NCBI GenBank assembly: GCA_951406725.2
Contig: OX597832.1
Location: 31,682,001-31,746,000 of the forward strand
Direction: 5' to 3'
Length of the DNA stretch: 64,000 nucleotides
From: Octopus vulgaris
Lineage: Eukaryota
Program-made: the position numbers and the translations under genes
Notes under the pieces: generated by a model
The model's input: the letters and a program-made list of their open reading frames with translations, nothing else
The model's database searches: none
What the model was told of the DNA's origin: nothing
Part shown: positions 1 to 15,756 of the stretch, one piece after another
How positions within the stretch are numbered: position 1 is the stretch's first letter
How the letters are laid out: the number at the start of each line of letters is the position of its first letter

Positions 1-226
1 TACGCATGTACGTACATACATATGTGTGTGTACGCATTTGTATATATGTATGTATATATGTTCACATACAGATAACCACACACATGCACACATACACGAT
101 ACGTGTGCAATATGTACATAATCATACGCGGACGTGTACAAACACATAGGCATACAAACACATATTTATATAGTTATATATGGCCACAGCTCATGAGCTG
201 AAACTAGAAAAATCAAAATCAAAATC

Positions 227-282
<56 letters not shown>

Positions 283-1014
283 GTATGTTTGTATATATAT
301 ATATAAATATATATAAGCATATATGTATATATACATATAAACACGCACCCATATGAACGTATATACATTCACAATACTTTCACATAACAAAGCCACATAC
401 ACACACAGTTCACATAGACACATGCATACACACACACGCGCATACGCACCTCCATACCTCACCGAATTATTATTAAAATGATTGTCCGCTGAGCAAGCGA
501 AGTCCTATTTGGTCACGTCTAGATTATCGCTTCGAAGACTTGATATCGATTTGATAAGAGAATTCATATTAAGTGTTGTGAATGAAACTAACCAGATACC
601 TTTGTCACCGGAAGTAGTTCACCAATTTTCTCATAGATCATCAATAAGAAGACAGAATTGAAAGATAAGCTTTCATTTTGGATCCTCTGTCTACATAACT
701 CAATTATGTTACCACATTACATCCATCAATTTCTGTTGCTCCCGTTGACCTTCCATAACACCGACCTGCTGGACAAACTGTTCAGGCTTATTGGAATATA
801 TTACATATAATAATGCGTGTATATATGTGTGTAGGTATGTAACTATACATGTATGTATGTGTGTGTGTATATGTAAATATATATATGTATGTATGTATGC
901 ATGAATGTATGTAGATGTATGACATCTGTATCTGTGTATAATTACATACGTTACGCGCACATACCTACACACAGAGACACACACATTAATTGAACGCCAC
1001 GTATTCATTTCGAA

Positions 1015-2050
<1,036 letters not shown>

Positions 2051-2134
2051 TATATATATATATATATATACATACAGGCATTCGTACACTTACACACATA
2101 CATACATATATTATCTATTTATATATACACATAC

Positions 2135-2165
<31 letters not shown>

Positions 2166-2969
2166 GTATCTTTGTATGTATGTATGTATATATGTATGTG
2201 TGTGTGAGTATGCGTTTGTTGTATGTATATTTATATATACATATATTTGCTTCCATCTTTCCGTGTATACGTATATCTCTGTATCTGTGTGTATGAGCTG
2301 TATCAATTTATCTAGGTACGTGTGGATGTGTATGTATATATATATATATATATATACATATATACATATATATGTATATGTGTATGTGTGTCTGTGTGTG
2401 TGTGCGTGTGTGTGGATGTGTATATATATGTATATTATGTGTTTATGGCAAAGCATTATCTACACCAGATTGTGCGCAATGGAATATCAAAAATGATAAC
2501 GCAGCTAGTTTACATGAAATTGTAAACAGACACACATGCACACACACAGATTTGCACACACATTATATACATACACATGCATACACGTATCACTGACATC
2601 AGTAAACAAATATGATAAAAAATGTATACACATGGTAGGTTTGTATATAAACATATACATACATGCATACATGTGTATATATATATATGTTCATACACAC
2701 ACGCACATATATGTAAATGTATATATATATATATATATAAAAACACGTACATACATACATATATACATGTATATTTATCTATGTGTATCTATGCATGTGT
2801 GTGTATATATATATATACGAATGCACAGTCATAAACATATTTACTCGTATATGTATACGAGTGTTTATAAATTATATACACAAATAAATCTCTATCTCCA
2901 TAAACACCTCCATATACTTGCATGTATGTATGTATGCACGTATCTATCTATCTATCTATCCATCCATTC

Positions 2970-3001
<32 letters not shown>

Positions 3002-3154
3002 GTATCTATCTATCTCTCTATCTATACACATAAATAAGCAGATATTCCAATGGAGGATGCAAGCGGAAGTGCACACGCAACACAACACATATACTGCAGC
3101 ATAGCCTCATTGAAAACCGTGTTACACATTCCTTCACGGCAATGCGCACTACAT

Positions 3155-3223
<69 letters not shown>

Positions 3224-4021
3224 ACGCACACGCATGCAAACATTATAGAAATAAAAATGCATACATGTTTCACTCACACCAGTCAATAAATATAAAAAAC
3301 TAGTACACACATGGCAAGTTTGTATATAAACATATACATATAAACATATACATAGATAAATACATAAATACATACGTACATATATATATATATATATACA
3401 TACATACATATACGTAAACACATATGCATACGTACGCAAACATATGTATTGTGTTTAACGATGCATTTGTAAATATTTATACGCATGCACGGTCATAAAC
3501 GTGTTTACTCGTATATATATACGTGTGTTTATAAAATTATACATACAAACAAATCTCCGCATGCTTGCAAGTATGTATGTATGTATGTATATATGTATGT
3601 ATGCACGTATGCCCGTATCTTTTTATCTATCAATCTATCAATCTATCAACATGTGTTTGGAATGTGTGTGTATGTGTATCCATAAATTCTCTTGTCAACG
3701 TTGTATATTGTATTTCCTTATAAGGTATGATAGGTTTAACGACCTTGCTGTCAACTGCTGAACAATAAGCTGACAATAAACGAATGTATATTCCGAAATA
3801 TGATCGATACCCAATCATGATATTGGTTACCTCCCTGATTACCTCGTTAGCTATTTTCTCTACAGTCACTGGTTACTAAACAAATATGGCGAACTGTCTT
3901 TGTTGTCTGACAGTTAAAATGAGACGCACAGATTGTTGAACAAACTATTTTCCTTGGTTACAGAAGAATTTCAGCCTCTTACATGAGTACCGCTATTATG
4001 TATACATAAGACTATAGAAGT

Positions 4022-4115
<94 letters not shown>

Positions 4116-4160
4116 GATCGATCCATCCATCCATCCATCTATCCATCTATCTATCTATCT
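4022..4160. repeat. (TCTA)n/(TCCA)n microsatellite
   Basis: Direct reading. Confidence 0.95.
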
Positions 4161-4291
4161 GTCTGTCCGTCCGTCTGTCCGTCTGTCCGTCTGTCTCCTT
4201 ATCTCTCTCTCTCTGTTTGTCTACCCATCTGTGTATCTATTGGTCTCTCTATCTCGCGAGTTATCTATCAATATGTATGTATATGTATATT

Positions 4292-4327
<36 letters not shown>

Positions 4328-6039
4328 CCTGTTTTTATACTTGGAGACATATGTATAATACACATGTAAATATACATAAACATTTCTCTCTCTTACACAC
4401 ACCCACACACACAAATATTTGTGTTCTTGAAGCGCCTGTCTGCTTGTATACGACTCTTTCAAACATTTATTCATTGAAATTTCATAAACTGTCTCCTTCG
4501 TTCATTATATATGTTGAATTCAACGTTATTGATTCGCCATAATTGTCCATTTGTAGCTGACGCAAATGGAGACCGCTGAATATTACGTTATACCTCTCCA
4601 AATATCAAATGTGAATCGCAAGGCTAGTATCGAGTCGTCTCCTTAAATGTACGAAAGCTAAATTATGTTGCTAATATCTAAGCTTAAATAGTTTTACAGT
4701 TAATCCGATTTATCTGATTACTGCTACATTTAGCTGTGGCCAAAATAGGTAAACTGATTTTTCAAGACAATTACATACTATTAGACATGTGCTCGAATAA
4801 TGACAATTACATTTGGGTAACCGTTGTTATTTAGATTCAGTAATTTAAAACAGTCATTGATATATTTATCATTAACGGATGGTAAATTATTAGCGATGTT
4901 TCCCAGCGTTGAATAGTTAATTTTATGTGAATTTATGTCGGCAAATTTCTCTCTCTCTTTACAGAGGCACGGAAGGAAAGTGCATTCTACCATATTCAAT
5001 CATTGTCGCTTCCTTGATTAGAAATATATTTCTTCATGTTGTTCGTGCACTTCCCTCCTGAACATAAATATGTAAAAACAAATTCAACACGATTTTACAC
5101 AGAATTATCTATTCCGCGCTAACGAACTTCGTTAATACTTTAACATCCATTAATAATATCAATAAATAAGCAAATAAATAATTTGAGTAAGAAAAATCCA
5201 AATAACAACACACCCCTAAATTTAACAGTCATCCATCAATATTATGTCCGGCCACTAGCAATTGTCTCGGAAAATCAGTTTATCTATTCGGCCAGTCAAA
5301 TCAAAACATTAATCAGATCGGCATATATTACATTATTATTCGGTTAAAGGCAAATCAATCTAAATCTTCCTACACGATCCATACTCTTTCCACACACATA
5401 ATCGCTCCACTAATCTCCCATCATTATTCACTCATGTTTCATTGGTCACTCACAGAATTTTTTTACTTTGATCATTTGAAACACGGACAAGGAAAAAAAA
5501 TTGGAAACGCAATAACTAGAAAAGAAGAAACCACGACGATAACAAAGAACAAGAACACTAGTAGCAACAAGTGCAACATCGTTGACTCTTCTTCTGGGCT
5601 GCAAAGTTTTGTAAGTGAGAAGGAGGGAAGTATTCATACGTTAGAGATATGAACGGAACGCGAGCAAAAGGCGTAGAGCCCGCGAAAGGCGCCTCACATC
5701 CAGATGCTTGTGAGAAAAGGGTTAACATATTAACAGCAACAACCAATAGGAATGGCCCAACAAATCATTTCTCACCCTTTATATTTGCACACATTACACA
5801 TGAACACTCACACACACACACACACATACACACACAAACACAAATATACATATATGTGTATATATACACTTCTATATATATATGTGTGTGTGAATATAGA
5901 TAATATATATAAAGCTGAAGTTGTCTGTGTGTGGCAGGTTTGCGGCGCAAGTTCACCAAAGTTGAGAGTATGATAGAATAAGGCTTGCTCTTCCTTCATT
6001 AGAAGAATAAATTCAAATCGGACCATGTTAACACAAAAA

Positions 6040-6254
6040 ATTATTTACATCAATAAGGTACTTTTTTTTCTATAAAAATCCCTATTTTTTACGATTTTTT
6101 TTACTGCTGTGTCGCCATTTTTCAGTGTATTTGAACCAGAAAAATGTTCACTTAAAGAGAATAACAAGCTACATAATGCAAAATTTTTACTTTTCAAAAA
6201 TTCCAATACTAAATGGTCGAAACAAACCTGAGCAACGCCGGGTGATACTGCTAG
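6040..6254 (+). mobile_element. Putative Helitron-type 3' end (non-autonomous remnant)
   Basis: Subterminal hairpin ACCTG-AGCAACGC-CGGGT (6226-6243) followed 7 nt later by CTAG (6251-6254); next base is A rather than the canonical T; 5' limit uncertain. Confidence 0.5.
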
Positions 6255-6255
6255 A

Positions 6256-6332
<77 letters not shown>

Positions 6333-7122
6333 TATATGAATATATGAATATATATATACATATATGAGCGTGTGTGTATATATATCTGTTTCTATATATA
6401 CATACATACATGCCTACATACATACAATACATACGTAGCGGATTGCTAGTCGCGCGTTTCTGGCTCTTTAGCCTTCATTAATGAGAAATAGCAAAGGGAG
6501 ATAACCCTGGGCATATTGAGAGTTTTAGTAGAAAAAAAAAAGAAACAGTCAGCGTCAGTGAATGAGTTGCATTAGTGGTCTGCCTGGTCGGAATAAAGCT
6601 AGCAGTGTTGAGGAATAAACGAAGTTTAGGTTAGTTAAAATACGTTTGTGACACATTTTGACATTCAAAGGCAAAATCATTGCAGATACCGTGAAAGAAA
6701 AAAAAAAATCTCTAATGGTGTCAAAACACCACGTCTGCCCAGGGCTCCCCTAACAAAATATAAAACATCTGCTAGAAATAAAAAAAACAAAACTAAAATG
6801 TTCGCAGAATGTTCTTTGAGCATCTGCAATAAAACATTTTGCCGTTAATGTTTTATTCCTCCCACCACACCTCATTGTATCATACTACATTATGCTACAT
6901 CACACTGGACCTGACCACCTCACACCACTTCACCTCACACCATGCCACAAAATGATCTCTTCCAGGACGTCTCTGATTCTTTTACAATCCATATTTAGAC
7001 CATTATGTGCCAGTCAAACAGTCGGTCTTAATTAATGATTTTTGTAAAACAAAAAATTAATACCAAAATACAATCAAGTTCAATTTATTATCTCAGTAAT
7101 TTCAACACAAGACCACTACCAG

Positions 7123-7185
<63 letters not shown>

Positions 7186-7585
7186 CGTTATTACGAATGC
7201 TTAAATATGTTTCGTTTAAGCTCGAGGCATCGAAATTCCTTGTCAAATATCAAATCAAAAAGATTATCTTTAAGTGTTCTTGAAGTGACTTTTTAAATTT
7301 GAAATAATATTTTTCACAATCGAAACCCACGAAAATTCCATCAGCTTTGCAGGTGAAAGATGAGAACCGTGGTCGTTTGTTAGTGTTGCGACGGTGGAGA
7401 CGATGGGAAGTGGCAGGCAAGACATATTCATAGAAGATAGAGAGTGTGAGAGAGTGAGAGAGGGAGAGAGAGAGAGAGTGAGAGAGAGAGAGAGTGTGTG
7501 TGTGTGTTTGTGTATGTGAGGAAAGGATAAAGAGAGAGAGAGAGAAAATCGAGTTGTCATACACACACACACATTCACACACATG

Positions 7586-7632
<47 letters not shown>

Positions 7633-7771
7633 ATATCTATCTATCTATCTATCTATCTATCAATCTATATATATATATATATATATATACATACATACAT
7701 ATTCGCACACACACATACACACATACATAGATGCACCCATACATACATACATACATAGATACATAGATACA

Positions 7772-7802
<31 letters not shown>

Positions 7803-7809
7803 CTATATT

Positions 7810-8780
7810 TGATCCAATACATCCAACAAGGACAGATGACGAAATGGGAGGAACACGTTGTTGAGAGGAAAATAAGTTTGGATGAGATATGGAGGTGGGC
7901 TACATCACGGTTAAGTTTTCCGATTCGTTCATCCAACGATGTCTCGCCATCACCTACAAATCTAGTAAAGATGGAACGCCTCAGAAAATGATAAATGCAG
8001 ATGCGGAGAAATCGGAACACTGAAACATATTCTTTCCAGCTGTTCACTGGCATTGAATAGATATACCTGGAGACTCCTTAATGTTATTTTCAGTTCTTTA
8101 AAGAACCAAATTGCTCTCATCAACAGAAGGCAAAAAAAAAAAAAAAAACCCACTGAAATGACCAACCAGAAATTTCATTACCATCGTGCGCTTAGGATAG
8201 CAGATCCGTTTGAAAAAGAAAAAGAAACTTCCTGTGAGCGAAGAAAAGTGGAATGGTCATTGGGAGGTAGCTGCAGATTTACCAGGGTGCCAAGGATTCT
8301 TTGCCATCCCAATTACGAAGAAAACAGATATCATAATATGGTGAGAAAGAAAAAAGTGGTAAACCTAGTCAAGTTAACGGTTCCTCATGAACATGGACGC
8401 CGCTCGGACTCGAAACATTGACCGTTATGTAAACCTCCCCGAGGAATGTGAAGACGCAGGCTGGAGAGCGGAGCATTTTTCCAATCGAAGTTGGATGTAG
8501 AGGGTTTGTTGAACACAGTGTGAGACGACTGTTGTTATCGTTAGGCCTAACTCATCGTAAAGTAAATACCACCATGACTGATATCCAATCTACAGTGGAG
8601 AAGGCAAGACAATGGATTTGGTTAGAAAGACGATGAGCGATGGCTAGAAGAATATTGAGCTATATCTGACAACCAGTTGATCAAGCAAGCGGGGCCTCAT
8701 TTCAGTGAAGGGGTCAGTGCGCAATGATGCCGTCAGGAGGTAGGACTCCAACAGCGCGCATTCTCTCTTGATGACCTCAT
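7810..8780 (+). mobile_element. Degraded 3' part of a Hero-like (R2 supergroup, REL endonuclease) non-LTR retrotransposon
   Basis: Frameshifted translation: QQGQMTKWE..RKISLDEIW..RLSFPIRS.NDVSPSPTNL; knuckle CRCGEIGTLKHILSSC..ALNRYTWR; endonuclease region VKLTVP..GWRA..FPIEVGCRGF..EKARQWIWLERR. Confidence 0.8.
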
Positions 8781-8904
8781 ACACTTGTTGGCTTCCGGTA
8801 TGCCGAGCTTTCGACTGGTAGCACTTGCATCTCCAAGTTGCTTTCAACCACCCACACATATGCAACAACATTTTGTAAACAAACATCAAAAAGTAATACT
8901 TATA

Positions 8905-9121
8905 CATATTCCAGTTCTATATTTAAGAGACGAGGAATTATGTACATTATTTACATTATTTACATTTGACGGATATTTGTCCTCATCTTGTTTGTTGTTA
9001 ACACAACGTTTCGGCTGATATACCCTCCAGCCTTCATCAGGTGTCTTGGGGAAATTTCGAACCTGGCTTCTCATTCCAAAGGTATTTTTTGATGTTATTA
9101 TTATTATTATTATTATTATTA

Positions 9122-9208
<87 letters not shown>

Positions 9209-9262
9209 TCACTGCCTGGAATCGAACTCGGTATCTTGGGGTTAATAGCCCGCGCTCTTAAC
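8905..9262 (-). mobile_element. Composite element: tRNA-like head + (AAT)n spacer + hammerhead segment (family H2)
   Basis: Minus strand reads GTTAAGAGCGCGGGCTATTAACCCCAAGATACC-GAGTTCGATTCC (B box)-AGGCAGTGACCTG-(AAT)n-about 50 nt-hammerhead-about 95 nt tail. Confidence 0.6.
9000..9045 (-). ncRNA. Minimal type I hammerhead ribozyme, canonical core
   Basis: GACAC-CTGATGA-A-GGCTG-GAGGGTATAT-CAGCC-GAAA-CG-TT-GTGTT; 5-bp helix I (one G-U), 5-bp helix II, palindromic helix III, GUU triplet. Confidence 0.85.
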
Positions 9263-9292
9263 TAAGAATCCGAGTTCGATTCCAGGCAGTGA

Positions 9293-9360
<68 letters not shown>

Positions 9361-9365
9361 TAATA
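9095..9365. repeat. Palindrome: (ATT)n + 31-bp arm / 31-bp arm + (AAT)n
   Basis: 9201-9231 TATTCAGGTCACTGCCTGGAATCGAACTCGG is the exact reverse complement of 9270-9300; complementary trinucleotide arrays extend the arms. Confidence 0.9.
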
Positions 9366-9731
9366 AATTTTGGGGGAAGGGGCCAGTCAATTAGATCAAC
9401 CCCAGTACGCAACTGGTACTTAATTTATCGACCTCGAAAGGATGAAGCAAAATCGACTTCGGTGGAATTTGAACTCAGAACGTAAAGACAGACGAAATAC
9501 CTATTTCTTTACTACCCACAAGGGGCTAAACACAAAGACAAACAAGGACAGACAAACGGATTAAGTCGATTACATCGACTCCAGTGCGTAACTGGTATTT
9601 ATTTAATCGACCCTGAAAGGATGAAAGGCAAAGTCGACCTCTGCGGAATTTGAAATCAGAACGTAGCGGCAAAAGAAATACCGCTGAGCATTTCGCCCGG
9701 CGTGCTAACGTTTCCGCCAGCTCGCCACCTT
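9365..9731 (-). mobile_element. tRNA-derived SINE family A, internally dimeric
   Basis: Head AAGGTGGCGAGCTGGCGGAAACGTTAGCACGCCGGGCG; two copies of the core GTCGACTTTGCCTTTCATCCTTTC..GTCGATAAATTAAGTACCAG (resembles the Meta-SINE domain, from memory). Confidence 0.85.
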
Positions 9732-9847
9732 CATAACAGAAATATCAATGATTTCAAATTTTGGCAGAAGGCCAGTAATTTCGGGGGAGGGGGTACTCAA
9801 ATAGTACTTTTTTTTATCGATGACTAAATGCAAAGTAGAGCTCAGTG

Positions 9848-9904
<57 letters not shown>

Positions 9905-10362
9905 TGATGATGATGATGATAATAATAACAATGATAATAATAATTAATGATAATATTAATAATAATAACATTAAAAATAGCATTATTATTACGAAAAAGA
10001 TGAAGCTAGGCGCATTATTACGCAACGGCAACAACTGAGGTAACGCTGAACGGACGTAGCCATCATGGCGACTGCACTTAAAGAGAGCATTGAAATGAAT
10101 GTGCTACGTTTGTATATTGCCGGATGTGATGAACTCTTCCTAGCAGACTCTATAGAATTCGGAGACTATTCAGAGTGAAGAAGAGAGAAAAGGGGAGGGA
10201 AAAGGGAGAGGAAAAGAGAGAATGGTAATAATAATGATAATAAGCAATAAGTTCTTTTAAGAAGTTGTTATAACGCTTAGACCTCGGCCTGAGTTCAACA
10301 TGAAATATGATTTCAAAACTAGTAATGTGTGCATATCAGTGTGAGTGTGTGTGTGTGTGTGC

Positions 10363-10424
<62 letters not shown>

Positions 10425-10519
10425 GTGTGTGTGTGTGGGTGTGTGTGGGGTGCGTGTATGCATACATAAATACATACTTATGTGTGTTTGGGTATATAAT
10501 TTTATGCATTTATGTATAT

Positions 10520-10577
10520 TTATCTATCCATCCATCTATCTATCTACCTATCTATCTATCTATCTATCTATCTATCA

Positions 10578-10636
<59 letters not shown>

Positions 10637-10637
10637 C

Positions 10638-10680
<43 letters not shown>

Positions 10681-10685
10681 CATCC

Positions 10686-10744
<59 letters not shown>

Positions 10745-10805
10745 CATCCATCTATCTATCTCTATCTATCTATCTATCTATCTATCCATCCATCTATCTA
10801 TCTAC

Positions 10806-10838
<33 letters not shown>

Positions 10839-10839
10839 A

Positions 10840-10922
<83 letters not shown>

Positions 10923-10923
10923 C

Positions 10924-10983
<60 letters not shown>

Positions 10984-11111
10984 GTCTGTCTATCTTATCT
11001 CTCTCTCTCTCTGTTTATCTTTCTGTCTGTTTGTCTGTCTGTCTGTTTGTCTATCTGTCTGCTTGCCTGCCACTCTGTCCGTCTATGTATGTATGTATGT
11101 ATGTATGTATG

Positions 11112-11142
<31 letters not shown>

Positions 11143-11200
11143 TGTATGTATGTATGTAATGTATGTATGTATGTATGTATGTATGTATCTATCTATCTAC
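10520..11200. repeat. Compound (TCTA)n, (TCTG)n, (TATG)n microsatellite
   Basis: Direct reading; source of the LSIY and MYVC ORFs. Confidence 0.97.
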
Positions 11201-11581
11201 ACACACATATATATACATACACAATATATAATAATTATACGTATATACAATATCTAAATATATGCATAGATATATATAATACATGTGTATATATATATAT
11301 AGGTATAGGTATTTATATATTATAAATGCAATTACTTGTATATATATTAATATGTATGTATGAGTGTGTTTGTGTAGATATGTCAGATAAGAGAAGAAAC
11401 ACAGCAACTCCTAATAATATTTCAAACCTCTTTCTTTCTTGTTTCTTCCTTTTTATTTTATTTCACTAAAGTTTAAAATCAATTCATAATTTTTGCGTCT
11501 ATAGAATATTGAGTGAATGGGCGGGTGATAGGGTGAGGCTGGATTCTGCAGGGTAGGAGGCGAGACTGAATAGATTAAAAA

Positions 11582-11625
<44 letters not shown>

Positions 11626-11808
11626 GAGAGAGAGAAGTTAAGAGAGGGAGCGAGAGAGGAAAAAGAGACAGTGAGTGAACAAAGAGAGACAGAGAGAGAG
11701 TGAGTGAAAGAGAGAATTGGAGAGGGTGAAAGAAATTGAGAATAATGGAATAGGAAAGGTTTTGTAGACAGCGGAAGTAAGAAAACGAGGAAGAGTACTG
11801 TTAACTAC

Positions 11809-11846
<38 letters not shown>

Positions 11847-11891
11847 CAGAAGTGTGTGTATTTGTGTGGTTTTGGGAATTTACATACATAC

Positions 11892-11929
<38 letters not shown>

Positions 11930-12634
11930 GTGAATATACACATACACTTGCAATCCGAATAAGAGTATTGGATGAGAAGAAATCTTGTAATTTTGTCAAC
12001 GTGTTGAACATTCAAGAGTATATATAAAATGAAAAAAACAGAAAGTAGGGACAAAGAGCAACTCCGAAGTCGATAAGTTAGCTACGCATTCAGATAATGA
12101 AAAACATGAATTTGAAGGAAGCAATACGTTTCGGATTGTTTATCTTTCTTCACAGAGTGAAATAAACTTGGAGAAAACAAGGGAACATGAAGAATAAAAA
12201 AAACATTTCTGGTAAATACCAGCCATACTGGAAAGCGTGAGAGAGTGAGATTAAGAAGAACAACTTTAACTTCGAAGAGAGCGAATGACAGTGCTGACAG
12301 TAAGAGAAGGAGAGTGTAGGGGGTCTGTGCGCATGACATTGCGTGTATGATGCGTTTGTACGCGTGCTTAGCGATATGGATATATGTATATATATATATA
12401 TACATATATACACATATATATTTAGATACATACATACACATACATATACATACACACACACATGTATATATACATACACACACACATATATATACATACA
12501 TACACACATATATATATAATTATATTAAGATTAAGATTATTACGTATATATATATAGGTATATATTTATATATATATATTACACATATATATATATATAT
12601 GTATATATATCATATATATATTTATATATATATA

Positions 12635-12872
12635 TCACGTGATGACGTGACCGACCAGACCATGGCATGTTGCTACACATCGTTGGTCACAATGCGATCG
12701 CATTGTTTTAGCCTTTGAATGACGCTGGCTAAGAGTGAGAGAAAGAGTGGTGAAAGAGGACAGCAGGGATCACTTTTTATGTGTTTTCGCTCAATAAACA
12801 CACACGACGAATCGAAACCGCGATCTTACGACCGCGAGTCCGCTGCCCTAACTACTGGGCCATTGCGCCTCC
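12635..12872 (-). mobile_element. tRNA(Arg)-like SINE family C with internal deletions, tail type F
   Basis: Minus strand GGAGGCGCAATGGCCCAGTAGTTAGGGCAGCGGACTCGCGGTCG..GGTTTCGATTC; tail matches 44391-44512. Confidence 0.8.
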
Positions 12873-13019
12873 ACATATAATTATATATATATATATATAT
12901 ACTTTATGGTAGAGTAATATGCTTTATTTTAAGCAGCAGAAAATTCAACATATTACTCTACCACTGGTATTTGAGTACTCTTTTTTCCACCTTGTTTCAC
13001 ATTTATGTGTTTACTCCGG

Positions 13020-13119
<100 letters not shown>

Positions 13120-13423
13120 CACATATATACATATATATATATGTTCAAAGGCGAGGCCTTTTGACTGATGACCGAATGTCAACGTTGCTTACACAGCTTC
13201 TCCTTCCACAATCGTTTTCCTTTCCAAGGTTCGACTGAATTGTGTCGAGCAAAAGATATCGAGTTACGTAATCACTGTTTATTCCACGTGAATCACCATT
13301 CACACACACGCACACAAACTGTAATACACACACATATATACACAGAAATAGATGCATTCATCTCTCTCTCTCCCCTCCTCACTCTCTCTCTTTCTCTCTC
13401 TCTCTCTGTCTCTCTCTATATAT

Positions 13424-13458
<35 letters not shown>

Positions 13459-13728
13459 GACACACACACACACACATATATATATATACATATACATAAT
13501 ACATATATATATATATAATTTATATATAACATATGTATATGGATACTTGCATATATATATGTGTATATATATGCATATATATACATATATGTATACACAC
13601 ATATACATATATACATACACATATATATATGTATATGTACACATATATACATATATATAAACACATACATATACATGTATGTATGTATATATATATGTGT
13701 GTGTGTGTATATATATATATCATATATA

Positions 13729-13797
<69 letters not shown>

Positions 13798-14293
13798 GGG
13801 AGAGGGAGCGAGAAAGAAAGAGTGAGAGAGAGAGAGGAACGGGCGAATGGTAAGGGTGGATGAAAAATAGGTATTGAGTACCTCGCTATCTCGCTAAATT
13901 ATCTCTTTATTAATTTGTCTAGTTGTCAATTCATATTATTGTTGATGGAAAGTAATATACGAGGAAATATTCGTCGAAAGTTGCTTAGCAGCACACATAC
14001 GGACACGCACACACACATATACACTGACACACAATCTCATACGCACACGCAATCCTACGCAGAAACACACACACTCTCTCGCACACACACTTTCAGACAC
14101 ATATTCGAACATACAGCGCTATACAGACCCATTTATATATCTGTATCTGTGTGTGCATCTGTGTTTGAATGTTTAAGACGTATACATCTATGTGCGTATA
14201 TATGTAAATGTTTGTCATACATACACACGCACACACACACACACACACGCTATAATATATATATACATTCTCGTACATACATACATACATCCC

Positions 14294-14335
<42 letters not shown>

Positions 14336-14529
14336 GAGCGAATGGATACGTTCTTACGTCGGTTTCTGCTAGGTTTTTGCGTGGAACGTGTATAGCTGTA
14401 CAAATAATGTATCTTCTCTCATAGAAAGTTGATACGTTTATATGTGTATATTTAGACATTCTGTAATTCTTTCATTCTTACATTCGTTTCGGCTCAAAGG
14501 CTGTGGCCATGCTGGGGCACTGTCGGAGT

Positions 14530-15140
14530 TTTCGCCTTATCAATAGCATTTCTTTTGTGACTGCTTTTTGGTGAAGAAGGAAGTTCTACATTGCAACTCC
14601 GTTTTGAGTTTCTTGTAATGTAGGTTCATCTCGGACCTTGAGGAGCAGGAAGTCAAGTTGTTTCTTGAAAACCTCTACCGCAACTCCATGATAATCTCTC
14701 AGATCTTTTGGCACAATATTAAATAGCTGTGGGCCCTTGAATCCCAAATTATTCCAATGCAAGACCTCTCCATACAGTGCAGAGACGTCCAATTCGGTAC
14801 CTGGTATAACACTCGATGCCAAAATCTGTTGCCAGACCCTCTAGGATGTACCAAAAATATATCACCACATATCTCTCATGTCTTCACTTCCGGAAGCAGA
14901 GTCGTAAATTTTTCAGACTCTGCCCGTTGCTCGGCTGTTCATTTGATACAAACATCCTGGTGTAGCATCGCTGAACTACTTCAAGCCTCGCCATAAAGGT
15001 GACTCTGTGGGATGACTCCAGTTGAGAACAGGAGTCCAGAGAGCTGAGTAAAATGTCCTCCATAGAACCAGCATAGTTTCCGGATCTCTCGTTCTGAAAG
15101 TTCTCAGTAGCCATCCAGCTCATCGCCTGCGCATTGCCAC
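14530..15140 (-). mobile_element. CR1/L2-group LINE, degraded ORF2 C-terminus
   Basis: ILLSSLDSCSQLESS..ARLEVVQRCYTRM and FKGPQLFNIVPKDLRD..VFKKQLDFLLLKVRDEP are typical post-RT motifs of the CR1 group. Confidence 0.75.
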
Positions 15141-15265
15141 CATATCTATCTATATGTGTGTATGTATTTAAGCATGTATGTATGTATGTATGTATGTATG
15201 TATGTATGTATGTATGTATGTATGTATGTATGTATGTATGTATGTGTGTATGTATATATGTATGT

Positions 15266-15392
15266 ATGTTGCCAATTTTGTACAAGATATTGTAGATCTT
15301 TAGCTGGGCTAAAAAGTCACATTCTATCACAGCACCAATAACAGTTAAGCTTCGTGCAATGGCCATACTCGATAACGAGGGGGCAGCCATAA
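15266..15392 (+). mobile_element. RTE-like LINE extreme 3' end inside (ATGT)n
   Basis: CQFCTRYCRSLAGLKSHILSQH* zinc finger, short UTR GGCCATACTCGATAACGAGGGGGCAGCCATA, then (ATGT)n. Confidence 0.65.
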
Positions 15393-15406
15393 TGTATGTA
15401 TGTATG

Positions 15407-15438
<32 letters not shown>

Positions 15439-15566
15439 TGTATGTATGTATGTATGTATGTATGTATGTACGTTATGTATGTATGTATCTATGTATCTAT
15501 CCATCTATCTACCTATATGTCTGTATATATATGTAAATATGTATGTATACATATATATGTAAATAC

Positions 15567-15608
<42 letters not shown>

Positions 15609-15653
15609 GGTGAATAAAAGACGGAAGATTGAATGTACGAGAATTTATTAATA

Positions 15654-15756
15654 ATCACAATTGTTTCGTCACGTCTAGCATCGATCCCTCACGAGTGGGA
15701 CACTTAACAACTGGTTCAGTAGCATCCGGCGGTGCAGATGTGTCTTCTCGGGTGAT
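15654..15756 (-). ncRNA. Degenerate hammerhead-like fold with long helix II
   Basis: ATCAC-CCGAGAA-G.CACATCT.GCA...TGC.AGACGTG.C-GAAA-CAATT-GTGAT; core and cleavage triplet damaged. Confidence 0.35.

Noticed and set aside
5456-5616. Possible exon bounded by CACAG and GTAAGT
   Set aside because: Weak acceptor and no recognisable peptide; cannot be supported without transcripts
12121-12158. Hammerhead-like GTGAAGA-A-AGAT..ATCC-GAAA-CG-TA on the minus strand
   Set aside because: C3 missing and helix I does not pair; at most a decayed copy
13165-13190. CTGATGA core on the plus strand
   Set aside because: No GAAA and no helix I pairing
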